DNA from: Malacoraja senta
Taxonomy: Eukaryota
Direction of reading: 5' to 3'
DNA length: 64,000 nucleotides
NCBI GenBank assembly: GCA_038087875.1
Contig: CM075997.1
Coordinates: 8,310,001 to 8,374,000 of the forward strand
Numbering within the stretch: the first letter of the stretch is position 1; every line of letters begins with the position of its first letter. This document shows positions 26,491-40,200 of this stretch, one piece after another. The translations under genes and the position numbers were made by a program. The notes beneath the pieces are model-generated. The model ran no database searches, was not told the origin of the DNA, and worked only from the letters and a program-made list of their open reading frames with translations.

Positions 26491-27181
26491 TAGAGGATGG
26501 ATAATGTTATCCTACTTTTAACGACAGTCGGGAGGGAGACAACAGGGAATTATAGACCAGTCAACTTGACATCGTTGGTGGGGAATATGCTGGAGTCAAT
26601 TATAAAAGACGAAATAGCGGCTCATTTGAATGGCAGTAGCAGGATCGGACCCAGTCAGCATGGATTTACGAAGGGGAAATAATGCTTGACTAATCTTCGG
26701 GACATTTTTGAGGATGTAACTGGGAAAATGGACAAGGGAGAGCCACTGGATGTAGTGTAGCTGGCTTTCAGAAAGCATTTCACATGGTCCCACATAGGAG
26801 AATTTAGTGGGCAAAGTTAGAGCACATGGTATTGGGGGTAGTGTGCTGTCATGGATAGAAAATTGGTTGGTAGACAGGAAACAAAGAACAGGGATTAACG
26901 GGTTCCTTTGTGAATGACAGGCAGTGACTAGTGGATTCCCGCATAGCTCGGTGCTGGGACCGCAGCTATTTACAATAAATTAATGATTTCACGAAGGAAT
27001 TAAAAGTAACTTAGCAAATTTGCAGATGACACAAAGCTGGGTGGCAGTGTGAACTGTGAGGAGGATGCTATGAGGATGCAGGGTGACTTGAACAGGTTGG
27101 GTGGGTGGGCAGATGCATGGCAGATGCAGATTAAAGTGGATACATATGAGGTTAACGACTTTGGTGACAAAAACAGGAAGG
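26490..27181 (+). mobile_element. CR1 subfamily D RT fragment (host of Gypsy-3; resumes at 46433)
   Basis: NYRPVNLTSLVG...QHGF, KFADDTKL. The frame ...KNRK rejoins A.YY at 46433. Confidence 0.9.
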
Positions 27182-29024
27182 TGCAGCGGGGACTCGCAGG
27201 AGTCCAGCCAAAAACTAGTCGGACACGAGTTGTGAGCACTAGACAATCTCTCTAATACAGCTCCCTACTCCTCCAAGGACACGGGAGTTACACGGCCTTA
27301 AATACCAAATCAGGTACCGACCCCGTGACTAGCGACTCCCACACCAAGACGTCGCCGTCTAGAGCCGATGGTTCGTTGTGACCTTGGATTGTCACAGATG
27401 CCGCCACATGCCCCTCCCCCAAGAACCAGAGGTACCGAACTGGATGGGACGCCGTACGGGGCGGCCGGAACGCGAAGATACAATCCCACGCCCCGGGGGC
27501 TTGCTCGGTTCGGAAGTATCTCCGGCAGCCCGGGACGACGGACGCTCGCGACGGGGCGGTTGAACAACATGGACTCATGTCCAAGTGGGCCTGTTTCAAA
27601 CGAGCCACAGACACAGTTTCACGCCGGCCTCCCAAGTCCAAATCGAATGTAGTAGGCCCGTGCCGCAGCACGCGAAAGGTACCTTCATACGGGCGCTGCA
27701 AGGTCGACCTGTGAGAGTCACGGTGAACAAAAATGTACGGACAGCCCATCAGCGGCATTGGCACATGGGAAGGGTCCACACCATGACGCCACGTTGGGAT
27801 GGGAGACAGCGCGCCGACCCTCTCCCGCAACCAGATCAGCACCGATGACGGGGGTTCTTGGGACCCGTCACGGTGAGCGGAGCACCATATACCAACTCCG
27901 CGGAAGACGGTGACAGATCCTCCTTGGGGGTCGTACGAATCCCCAACAGGACCCATGGCAACTCGTCCATCCTCCCAGGGCCAGTGAGACGAGCCTTCAG
28001 ATCGGCCTTCAGACAGCGGTGGCACCGCTCCACCAACCCACTTGACTGGGGATGGTACGCTGTCGTGTGGAGGAGCTGCGTCGCCAACTGGCGGCCCATG
28101 GCGGACCACAGTTCAGACGTCAACTGGGCGCCCCGATAGGACGTGAAGTGAAGTGCAACCCCAAAGCGGGCAATCCAAGTTGCCACGAGGACACGAGCGC
28201 AAGACTGAGTTGAAGTGTCCGTGAGCGGCATGGCCTCCGACCACTGCGTAAAACGGTCAACTACAGTAAGCAGGCGCGAAACACCCTGGGATGGAGGCAG
28301 TGGCCCCATGATGTCCACGTGTAACTGATCGAACCGCCGGCGTGGCACTGCGAAGTCTTGAACGGGCGCCTGGTCGTGTCGATGGACCTTTGATGTCTGG
28401 CGCGGGATGCCCAGCGAGCTACCTGCTTCCGAAGTCCGTGCCACATAAACCTTGCGGCCACCGTAGCGACCATGACCCGGATGGATGGGTGGGCCACCCC
28501 ATGGAGCACCACAAACACGCGACGGCGCCAGGCTGTCAGAAGGATAGGCCTCGGCTGACCCGTGGATACGTCACAGCGGATGGAACCCGAGGGACCCATC
28601 GGCATGTCCTCGAGCACCAAGCCAGAGATCGCGGTGCGGTACGCCGGCATCTCATCGTCTTCCAGCTGGGCCGCCGCCAAGCGGAATAATCTATTTCCTT
28701 GGCCGGGTTAAGCAGGGCTGCAATTGCCGGTCGGGATAATGTATCCGCCCCTAGATTTAATTTCCCGGCGCTGTGTCGGACGTCCGTTGTATACTCCGAA
28801 ATGTCCGCCAGCTGGCGTTGCTGACGAGCGGACCAAGGATCCGAAATCTTCGCGAAAGCAAACGTGAGGGGCTTATGGTCGTGAAGGGTACGAAGGAGAC
28901 GACCGCGAAGTTCCGCAGGTAACGCACTGCGAGATGTTTCTTTTAAAACCTTTTTATTTGATTTTTCAAAAACAAAAACAAAACAAAAACAAATAATGAT
29001 AAACATAAACAATGATATTGGTCC

Positions 29025-30386
29025 ATAGAAACATAGAAACATAGAAAATATGTGCATGAGTAGGCCATTCGGCCCTTCGAGCCTGCACCGCCATTCAATA
29101 TGATCATGGCTGATCATCCAACTCAGTATCCTGTACCTGCCTTCTCTCCATACCCCCTGATACCTTTAGCCACAAGGGCCACATCTAACTCCCTCTTAAA
29201 TATAGCCAATGAACTGGCCTCAACTACCTTCTGTGGCAGAGAATCCCAGAGATTCACCACTCTCTGTGTGAAAATTGTTTTTCTCATCTCGGTCCTAAAA
29301 GATTTCCTACATCCTTAAACTGTGACCCCTTGTCCTGGACTTCCCCAACATCGGGACAATCTTCCTGCATCTAGCCTATCCAACCCCTTAAGAATTTTGT
29401 AAGTTTCTATAAGATCCCCCCTCAATCTTCTAATGTATAACTAGTACAAGCCGCGTCTATCCAGTCTTTCTTCATATGAAAGGCCTGACATCTCAGGAAT
29501 CAGTCTGGTGAACTATCTCTGTACTCCCTCTATGGCAAGAATATCTTTCCTCAGATTTGGAGACCAAAACTGTACGCAATACTCCAGGTGTGGTCTCACC
29601 AAGACCCTGTACAGCTGCAGTAGAACCTCTATGCTCCTATACTCGAATCCTTTTGCTATGAATGCTAACATACCATTCGCTTTCTTCACTGCCTGCTGCA
29701 CCTGCATGCCTACTTTCCATGACTGGTGTACCATGACACCCAGGTCTCGTTGCATCTCCCCTTTTCGTAATCGGCCACCATTCAGATAATAGGCTACTTT
29801 CCTGTTTTTGCCATCAAGGTGGATAACCTCACATTTATCCACATTATACTGCATCTTCCATGCATTTGCCCACTCACCCAGCCTATCCAAGTCACCTTGC
29901 TAACACTGCCCCCCAGCTTCGTGTCTTCCGCAAACCTGGAGATGTTGCATTCAATTCCCTCGTCCAAATCGTTAATAAAGATTGTAAATAGCTGGGTTCC
30001 CAGCATTGAGCCTTGCGGTACCCCACTAGTCACTGCCTGTCATTCTAAAATGGACTCGTTTACTCCTACTCTTTGCTTCCTGTTTGCCAGCCAGTTCTCT
30101 ATCTACATCAATACTGAACCCCCAATACCGTGTGCTTTAAGTTTGTATACTAATCTCTTATGTGGGACCTTGTCGAAAGCCTTCTGAAAGTCCAGATATA
30201 ACACATCCACTGGTTCTCCCTTATCCACTCTACTAGTTACATCCTCGAAAAAATCTATAAGATTCGTCAGACATGATTTACCTTTCGTAAATCCATGCTG
30301 ACTTGGTCCAATGATTTCACCACTTTCCAAATGTGCTGCTATCCCATCTTTAAGAACTGACTCTAGCAGTTTCCCCACTACCGATG
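29025..30386 (-). mobile_element. CR1-B, 5'-truncated, inserted in the L1 3'UTR
   Basis: (catagaaa)n tail at 29025-29050; RT ORFs 29513-30378. Confidence 0.93.
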
Positions 30387-30961
30387 TAGTGGGGAAACTG
30401 CTAGATCAGGATCAGGATTACATTACTAACAGATATAACCTAAATATGCGTACAGTGCCAGAATACACATTGAGTATAGACCTCCCGCTCTCTATGTAAA
30501 TATAGTTAAGTATCTAAAAGAGAACTTGTATATATAAAAACAAAAAGATAAAAAGAAAACAAAAGAAAAAAAGAGAAAAAAGAGAAAAATAAAACCCCCT
30601 TAACTAGAATAAAAAGCAAAACGGAATCTGGGCTGCAAAGAATTTCAACAATTTAAGTCCCTGTTTTTCATCGTCCGTTCCACCATATAAAGGTAAAATA
30701 ATTATTATAATAGTTGGAGAGGGGACAATTTATGTCGTTTGAAAATGTTGAATAATGCTTCCCCAAGACCTATCAAATTTAACCAAGGGCTCAACAATGT
30801 CACTCCTATTTTTTCTAAATTTAAGCATGATATCGTTTCAGAGTACCAATGGAGTGTAGTCGGAGGATTAGAGTATTTCCATTTAAGTAAAATAGATCTT
30901 CTGGCAATTAATGTAGTAAAAGCAATCAGCCGATGTGCGGAATGGGACAGATGAGTAGAAT

Positions 30962-33900
30962 AGTAAGATTAAACGAGAACTTACCAGTTTGAAGTTTGAT
31001 CTTTATTTTATGAGGAGTTACGTTGGTGATTACGTGAAGAAGACCCGTCAGGGCGCATGCGCGTCAATCTTCAAAGCAGCGGTATGAAATCACAGACAAC
31101 ACCATAATTGAAGTAACATATTAAGATGATCAACATGAGAACTACCATTATGACCTTTTTTCTATGAGAGAGGGTTGGGCGTGGCGGGCAGGTAATCACC
31201 AACGTTACTCCTCATAAAATAAAGATCAAACTTCAAACTGGTAAGTTCTCGTTTAATCTTACTATTTTACTTCGGAGTCACGTGAGTGACTACGTGAAGA
31301 TTTTGAAGCTCTGTGATTTTTATGCCGCAGATCAAAATCCCGGCTTCTCACTGCATCGATTGACTCTGAGTATCATCAATAATGCTGTAAACATGACATT
31401 GCATATCATGCAAAAACAAAAGTTTTATATTTGGTCCTAAAACCAACCAATAAACCCTCTTAATGTAGGGGCAACAAACGAAACAGAATTAAACAGTATT
31501 GAAAACAGACTTTAAACGATAGCAACAGCACTCAATATTGCGTTGGCAAACAGCCCTCCATCGGCAATCGGCCGATGGTAGTATTGCTGAAACACAAGTT
31601 CATTGTTCCAACTTGCGGCTTTTAATATATGTTCGATGGGAACGTCCATCGCCCTGGCCGCGGATGTTGCTACTGCGCTAGTGGAATGAGATGTAAACAC
31701 ATAAATGTTAATTCCTGCCTGAACCAACTCTTGCTTTAACCACCTTGAGATAGTCTGAACTGCCAGTCTCTTATGTTGGCTTCTTGTAACTGACAAATAA
31801 TCCTGTTTCTTCTTGTCTTAAAGCCCTTGTGGCTTCAATGTAATGTAACAAATGTGTCGGTACACATAAAGATGGAGCTGTAGGATATGCTGAGAACACA
31901 ATATTAAATCCTGTCACACCTGGCCTGCTTTGTTTGAGCAGGTCATAAATATAAAACAGAACATTCTCTGTAGTCACTTTCATTCTATCTAACTGAAGTT
32001 TTTGCAAAGTCTGCACTCTCTGTACTGACACCAATGCCATTAGCATAGCCAATTTCATGGTTAATTTTAACAAAGTTATAGACGTGACAGGGACCCAATG
32101 AGGAAGCATGTTAAGAACAACGCTTACATCGCAGATTACCATATACCTAGGCTTAGGTGGTTTGGAATTAAAGATTCCTTTCATCAACCTAGATATGAGA
32201 GGGTGAGAACCTATACTTTGTGTCCGTTGTACCTATTACAAGATATGCCGACAAAGCACTTCTAGCTGTATGTATAGCAGTATAGCTAAGACCCTCATCA
32301 TAAGAAAGTGTAGATAAAACTCTAACACTTTTTCAATAACTACAGTATCATATTGAATATTCATTTGAACACCATATTGTTCCCATTTTTTTTTACATGT
32401 CATATACTGCTTTTGAGTACTCTTTCTCCAGGCTGCAGTGAGTATATCCACCCTTGGCCTAGAAAGTCCTCGACCAATGTAAGGCATTCTTAAAAACCTG
32501 CATTTTAACAGATCAATACGATCACATAACGGATGAACTTAACGCGTTACTGGATGCTCCAGCAAATTCCTACTGTTTGGAATCAGCAAAATGAGATTGG
32601 ATCGCTATCTGTAACATCAAAGGGAACCATGGTTGAATCGGGCAATTTGGCATCACCAAAAGCCCTGAAGCGGCATCCTGCTTCATTTTCTCAAACACCG
32701 ACCTATGAGGCAGAATGGTGGGAAAATGTACACAAACACATCATCCCAATTTAGTGAAAAAGCATCAATTGCCACTGCCCCTGGATCTGGTGCCCAAGAA
32801 ACATATTTTGGCCTTCCATATAGAAGTACTGTGTTCTTGAACACATCTTGGTTCAACATCCACTCTGTATTATCACGGAATTTTCGTGACCTGTCATCTG
32901 GTACTACATTAAGTTTCCCTGGAAGATAGCTCCAATCCAAATATCCATACTCCAGGTCCAATTTTATTTGCCAACCTGTCACATGATAACGATTTGATTC
33001 CACCCATGTGATTCATATCAGCAACTGCTGTAGGGTTGTATATTTGGCACTGGACATGCAAACTAGTTTTGTTAGTGCCATAAGCCTCGAGTCCATAAAA
33101 TGCTCTTGGTTAATTCCCCATGTTTGCAGAAGCAATGTTCATCTGTCTCCACCGCTGGATCTTTTATCAGTAGTACCCCACCCGAGTGCTCTGACATCTG
33201 TCTGCAAAATCATGGAAGCTTGGTCCAATAACACTTTGGAACTACTAGTGGACACATGCTGAATCCACCATTGTACATCACCAACAGCCTCTGTTGATAG
33301 AAGCATAAGTCTATTATAATGACCCCAATGTATCCTCAGTGCTTGTTCCTTTGACCTTTGTAATTGTAGATAATAAAGTGGCCACTATTGAACTGCTGCC
33401 AGCAATTTCACCAGCAGATCCGTCACCTGGCTAATTGAAGGCTGTATGTCAGCAATTAACTTGATACAGCACTTAATTAGCTCTACCGTTTTTTGCCTGG
33501 GCAAGGACACAATCATGTTGATTGTCTATTGTGAACCCAACTAGTCAATTTGTGTCACAGGTATTAATTTAGATTTCTCTGGATAGCTTATGAAGCCCAA
33601 TTTTGAAAAAAGTGGTTTTTACCAACTGCCACTGATGCTTCAGCTGTTTCCTTTGGCTGTCCTACAATCAAGATATTATCTCGATAAGCCATGAGCACAT
33701 GCCCTTGACTTCTCATCATGCCTAGAATAGGTTTTAACAACTTTGTAATCTCTCTAGGAGCTGAAGACAAACGATTAGGCAGTGCATTGTATTGCCATAA
33801 TTGCCCCATCCAGCTGAATTTTAAACCTTCTATCCTGCAAATGAACAGACACCGAATCCTGATCTTTAAGATCTCCTCAAACGTTTCCATCTTAAAATGT

Positions 33901-35766
33901 CTATACCGTACAAAAAGGTTTAAGACTATTCAGGTCCAGTATAATTCTGCATCCCCCATCCTTTTTTGGTCTGGGAAAGATATTGGACACAAACTGATGG
34001 CTTTGGTAAACTGCCTGAGCAATTGCACCTTTATTACATAAGCTTGCAAGTTGCACCTGAACTTCCAATTGTTCAGTGATACTGGTCAAACTCCTTTTTT
34101 TTTTTTTTTTTTGGAACATGTTTGCATGGGTAAATCAGAATTTGCATTAAGCTTTATTCCAAACCCTTCAATAACCTTCAGTATAAACATATCTGAGGTA
34201 TCACATTAGATCTGTCTACATGAGAACCAGACCCACTTACCTCCTTACCACCTGGCATTCTTCCCCGGCCCCGAGCTGGATATCTCACCTTCCCTGGCGC
34301 TGCTACAGCCGAACGCCAACTGCGCTGCATCGTAGCTTGGACTCGTGCGTTGCCCGGAACAGTCTCCTCGCTTATAGGGATATTCTCCTCCAGCTCCTTC
34401 ACCTGCTTTGCGAAATCCTCGCCAAACAGATTTGCCGGTTGCCCTGTGCCAGGCTGGCAGAGTGAAGCATATTTAGGATTGATGGTTGGTCTAAACGCAG
34501 TCTTGCGGAGGCAGTTGATATCAAAGTGGGTACTCCAGATTAGCACCACACCTTTTGTTGTAATTTCATCATGTCCTCTCCATCCACCATCCTGGCAAAG
34601 CTCGTTATACCAGATGTCAGCAACTTTAAAATATGCTGGAGCTTCACCTGATCCTGGGCTCTCATTTGTATGCCCATCTTGCTTCCTTACTGTCTCATCC
34701 ATTGTCAGCTCCTGTAGCTGATGTGAGACTTGGTTATTTATGCTGGTGGCAAGTTCCTCACCCAGAGGCTCACCAGCGTCCGACGACATGGCCAACCGTG
34801 CTGCACACGGTGTCAGCTCTGGCCGCTGCATGCCCTCCTTTTGGAAGTCGTCGTCGGACTCAGGGTCAGAGCGTATCTGCCCTTCTGCACTCACCTCTTG
34901 CAAAGAGGGTGCTTTCAAGCAGCCTTCTACCAGGTACTGCCGGCGGAGCCTTCCCGACGGCCTCCCGCCCTCACAGCGCCTCCTGGAGTGTGGCTTTGTG
35001 AAGCAGGCCTCTCCTAGACACTGCCAGCGGAGCCTTCCCTATGGCCTCCCGCCTGCACAACTCCTCCTGGAGTGTGGCTTTATGAAGCAGGCCTCTCCTA
35101 GGCACTGCCAGCGGAGCCTTACCTATGGCTTCCCGCCTGCACAACTCCTCCTGGAGTGTGGCTTTGTGAAGTAGAACCTCTCCTAGGCAATGCCAGCGGA
35201 GCCTTACCTATGGCTTCCCGCCTGCACTCCTCCTCCTGGAGCGTCTCTGTGGAGCAGCCCCTGTATGAGCTGCTCCTTTTGGATAACCGCTGGGGAACGG
35301 TATCCTGTCCCCGACGGGACTCTCGTGGCCCGAATCTGCGGAGTCTATAGCCCTGACAGACTTAGCTTATGCATACCGCCCGACTGGCGTTGGCTATGTA
35401 CCCGGCTGGGCACTTTCCGAAGTCTGTCGCCGCACCGCTACCGGCTTGCGACTCCCCCGAGGTGACAGGCTGCCTTTCAGAGACTGCGCTCCCTCAGCTC
35501 TCTCTCTCCTTGTCGGTAGCAGACCTGCATCTTGATGATTTTTTACTTGTTGCTGTAATGTGTGGGGAAAAACCTACAGCAACAATTTCTACTTTTTTCT
35601 AACTCCTCCAAAGTCTCCCCGACTTTGGTGGAGCTGTAGCTACTCACCTGCTTGGAGGAGCTCCGTCCTCCTGCTGCCGTTCGCGCCAATGCGTCAGACG
35701 TAATGACGCGCATGCGCCCTGATGGGTCTTCTTCACGTAGTCACTCACGTGACTCCGAAGTAAAAT
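30962..35766 (-). mobile_element. DIRS retrotransposon, copy 2 (distinct subfamily, decayed ORFs)
   Basis: ITR (31027-31066 vs 35704-35744), ICR ~31192-31300, YR 31512-32487 (SHSTSAVATSAA), MT-like DPGAVAIDAF...FPPF (32683-33003), RT 33588-34119, gag 34178-34918, AAT junctions. Confidence 0.94.
34935..35242. repeat. 84-bp tandem repeat (~3.6 units) in DIRS-2 gag region
   Basis: ctgcc.gcggagcctt recurs at 34937, 35021, 35105 and ~35190. Confidence 0.88.
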
Positions 35767-36389
35767 CTAACATTAGTAGCCCAAAAATTGCAGTAAAAGG
35801 TTGGTTGTAAATCAATACCTAAAACTACAGAAATATTATAAAAAATGTCTTTCCAATATTTTTCCAAAAGTTCGCAAGACCAAAACATATGTCAATGAGA
35901 CCACTTCAGAATTACATCTGTCATAGGTAGGATTTATATGACCAAAAACGTGCTAACTTATCTTTTGACATATGAGCTCTGTGAACCACCTTGAATTGTA
36001 TCAGAGCGTGTCTTGCACACATTGAGGAAGTAGTAACTAATTGAAGAATCCTCGCCCATTTCCTATAGGTAGAGAAATTCGGAGTTCTCTTTGCCAGCCA
36101 TTCTTAATTTTATCAAATGTATCTATTTGTAATTTCAAAATCAAATCATAAATAGTCGTTATTAAATCTTTCTGATAAGGGTACAAATGTAATTTTTTCC
36201 CCAAGATTTCGGTTTGATGTGGTAACGGAAAAAGGGTAGCCTTCAAAAATGTCTGATTTGTAATTATCTAAAAAAATGTGAGTTAGGTAGATTATATTTA
36301 TTGGAAAGTTGTTCAAAAGACTTACAACAACCATCCAAACACAAATCACGAAAAGCTGCTAATCCTAATCTTATTGAAGACCATAACAG

Positions 36390-37225
36390 TTGACTGAGGG
36401 AGATGTTATAGATGTCTGTTAGCACATATGCTAACTCCTCAGCACATTCCTTAAGCACACGTCCTGGGATGTTATCGGGTCCGACTGCTTTCTACGGGTT
36501 GACCTTAGACATGATTCTCCGTGTGTCCATCGGGTCTATGGTCAGGACTGGCTGGTCGGTTTGTATGCAGGGAGTGGCTCTCCCCTTGGGTGTGGTGTTT
36601 GCTGCATCAAAACGAGCGAAGAAGTTGTTCAGTTCATCTGGGAGAGAAGAATCCGTGTCAGTTACCTGCTGCCTTGCCTTGTACCCCGTCAGTGTTTGGA
36701 TTCCCTTCCACATCCTCCTGGTGTCTCCTTTGTCACAGAGGTGTCCCTGGATTTTTCCCGCGTAGGCACGTTTCGCTGCCCTGATTACTTTTTCCAGTGC
36801 AGTCCTGCTAGATGGAAGAGCGGATGTGTTACTGGCTCTGTAGTCTGCATCACGAGCCCTCAGCAGCGAGCGCACCTCTGCTGTCATCCATGGCTTTTTG
36901 TTTCCACGTGCAGTGAAGGTTTTCATGATGGTGACATCCTCGGTGCACTTGGCAATGTAGCTGGTTACAGTCTCTGCGTACTCCTCGATGTTGATGAGGT
37001 CGTCATAGGATGCCGCTGTCCTGAACACATCCCAGTCAGTGTGCAGGAAGCAATCCTGCAGTGCTGAGGCTGCTCCCTCTGGCCAGACCCTGGTGTGTTT
37101 TCTCTCCGCTCTAGCTTGTTTCTGCCGAGGCCTGCAGGCTGGTGTTAAAAACACTGAAATGTGGTCCGAGTGGCCCAGGTGAGGGCGTGGGGCTGCCTTG
37201 TAAGCCTCTGGCGTGTTGGTGTAAA
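36390..37225 (-). mobile_element. Rex1/Babar-like internal fragment (EN end to RT start) occupying the L1 deletion
   Basis: ORF 36492-37286 YTNTPEAYKAAPRPHLGHSDH...KPWMTAEVR...LPDELNNFFARF, then [18 protein letters not shown]. Confidence 0.85.
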
Positions 37226-40200
37226 TCAAATGTCTCGGTTTATCTTGGAGACCAGGTGTATTCCAGATCCTGTCTGCGTAATCCAAAATTGGAAGATGTT
37301 CATAGTGCTCGGTGTTGAAAGTCTATTTTATCATTATAGAGGCATATTTTATAACATTATCCACTTCTTGCCCTTCAGGCAAACCAACAATTCGCAGATC
37401 CAGTCGACGGCTTCTGTTTTCGAGATCCACGTTTTTAGTCTTGTATTGCTTGAGTGCCCGAGTGTTTTCATTCATTTTCCGTTACAGTATTTCAATCTTC
37501 AAATCTCTTTCCTGGCCCAATTTACGCAAGTTATCAATTTGTTCCCTCTGTTCAGGAGATTCATCTTGTAACATAATCAGCTTCTTGAACTTCCTTCAAT
37601 TTGCTCGAAATTCCTTTCATCATTTGTTCCAAACTGCAGGACCGTGTTTTTATTCCTCCGTTCATTTTCGATTCTGCTTCTAAGTTAACAGAGTGGGAAG
37701 CTGCGCCTTACCCACGTTCCTTCCTTGGAGAAGCTTTTTTTCCTCTTGTCTCCATTCTTAACACGATTGAAGCGTATAAAAGTATTATCAACACTTTAAG
37801 AGAGGTTAGACCGTGCCTTGAAATCAAGTAATAACAAGTAACAATGAAAGAGTGGTAAGCAAGAAGTTAAAAGTTAAGGGAGCAAACGAAGTTACAACTT
37901 TACAGCATGCTGCCACTAATGCGAGATGTAAGGCGAGCGAATCCCGGTCGAAAGCGCAGTGGAGCTGCTCCGCCAAAGACGGCTAATTAAGGCGAGAGGC
38001 TGCCAACAGCCGTTAACCGAATGTTCCAAAACGCCGCCGACCGCAGAGTCCGAAGAATCCACAGTCAGGGCTGTGGGGGCGTCGGCCGACGGATGCACGA
38101 GCCTCCTTCACTCCATCAAATGTCGCCGTGGCGACAGCATCACGCTGTATCTCCATTTGCTTACCCGTCAGCAACTGGAAAAGCGGCAGCAAAAGTTTGG
38201 CAGCGGCCGGAACAAACCGGTGGTAAAATGTGACCATTCCTACAAACTCCCGGAGGCCACGTATCGTAGCAGGCCACGGGAACTGGCGGATTGCCTCAAC
38301 CCTGTCCGGCAGAGGCACTGCTCTGTTCCGTGTCACCCGATGCTCCAGGAAGTTGATGGCTCGAAAGCCGAATTGGCACTTGCCAGGGTTAATTACGAGG
38401 CCATGGTCACTGAGGCGTTGGAAGAGTAGACGCAGTTGGGCGCAGTGTTCCTCTCGCGAGCGACTTGCCACGAGGATGTCGTCCAAGTAGACAAACAGGA
38501 AGTCGAGCCCGCGCACCACGGTGTCCATCAAGCGCTGAAAAGCCTGCGCGGCGTTCTTAATGCCGAAGGGCATCCGCAGGAACTCGAATAACCCGAACGG
38601 GGTGATAATGGCCGTCTTGGGGCCACCCTCCGGTCGCACGGGGATCTGGTGATATCCCCGGATTAGGTCGATCTTGGAGAAAAACCGAGCCCCGGCCAGA
38701 TAAGCTGACAAGTCCTGTAGGTGGGGAATACGGTAACGGTCGTGGCCTCAAGCCGCCAGACACGTTCGGCACCATGTGCTGCGGGGATACCACTGGGCTA
38801 TTGGAGCGTCGAACGACGCCCATGGCCTCCATACTCCGAAACTCCGCCTTTGCTATGAGGAGATTGTCAGGAGCGAGCCTACGGGCGCGGGCGTGGAGCG
38901 GTGGAATCGCTGTCAGAATATGGTGCATGACACCGTGCCTCAGGCCGGGCCGAACTTGGGGGTGACAATTTCTGGAAATTCAGCCAGTACCTGGGCGTAG
39001 ACATTGTCCACCGTCTCTATGGAGTTGCTGACAAGCGCGGTGGGCGCAGTGGAGCGCAAGGAGATCTTCTCAAATGTTGACGCGTGGACGAGACGTTGGG
39101 CCCTCACGTCCACGAGGAGCGACTGTGCCCGCAAGAAATCTGCCTCCAGCAGCGGCTGGGCCTCGTCCGCGATTACGAAAGGCCAGGTGAAATGGCACGC
39201 GCCGAAAATGGCAAGAACCGTGCTGACGCCATATGTGTGGATTGAACTGCCATTCGCAATAGTTAACGGGGGGCTCTTACCAGTACGAAGGTCGAGTCCA
39301 GATGGGGCAATACGCTGACCTGCGCCCCGGTGTCCACCAAGAACCAGAGGCCCGTGCGCTGTTCCCAGTCATACAGCCGCTGTGACTACCGCGGCTGGCG
39401 CTGCCTATCCCGGAAACGAACATGGCTGGCGGCATTGACCGGCTGCTGAACCCCAGCGCTGATGGGAAAAACACCACACCCTACTCCTTGAATATCCTGC
39501 GTCCTGCTCAGCCATCCTCCTCTCCTGTGCCACTTGTCCGGTCTATAGCTTTTGTGAGCGTGGCCATCTTGTGGGATTGGGCCTGAGTCGCTGGGTCTGT
39601 CAGTTCGTTGAATCAATCCGGTCCAGATAATCCGGGGATTCCAGCAGTTCCAGGAATTCTAGCGCGCCCACCTGCTGCTGGTCGGAGTGCCACAGCTCAT
39701 TAGCGCGAGCCACTAGCCGGATGGGATACTTGAAGCTCTGCCCCGCGAGCTGCCGGCGGATATCTCGCGGCAACTGGTGCAGTTAGGTAAATTCAAAGAG
39801 CGGGTGGGCCAGGTGGTCACCTATGTGCGTGAGCATCTCACTCATGATGGCCGAGGACATCCGGTCGCCGAGCCCGCCGATGTTAAGGACCAGATAGGTG
39901 CAGAAGCTATTAATGATTATGATATAGTTCGGATCACGGAGACATGGTTCCAGGGTAATAAGGCTGGGAGCTGAACATCCAGGGATATTCTATATTCAGG
40001 ACGGATAGACAGAAAGGAAAATGAGGTGGGTTAGCGTTGCTGGTTAGAGAGGAGATGAACGCAATAGAAAGGAAGGACATTAGCTTGGAGGATGTGGAAT
40101 CGATATGGGTAGAGCTGCGAAACACTAAGGGGCAGAAAACGCTAGTGGGGGTTGTGTACAGGCCACCAAACAGTAGTAGTGGAGTTGGAGATGGCATCAA

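Larger units (their letters stand above)
28938..37919 (-). mobile_element. L1 LINE inserted in Gypsy-3 RNaseH; both ends present, middle deleted; hosts CR1-B, DIRS-2 and a Rex fragment
   Basis: 10-bp TSD tgcgagatgt (28928-37 / 37920-29). ORF1 motif DLENRSRRLDLRIVGLPEG (~37370-37427). ORF2 C-terminus (AIFG...LLKWK) rejoins across DIRS-2. aataaa and A-rich tail at 28938-28965. Confidence 0.88.
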
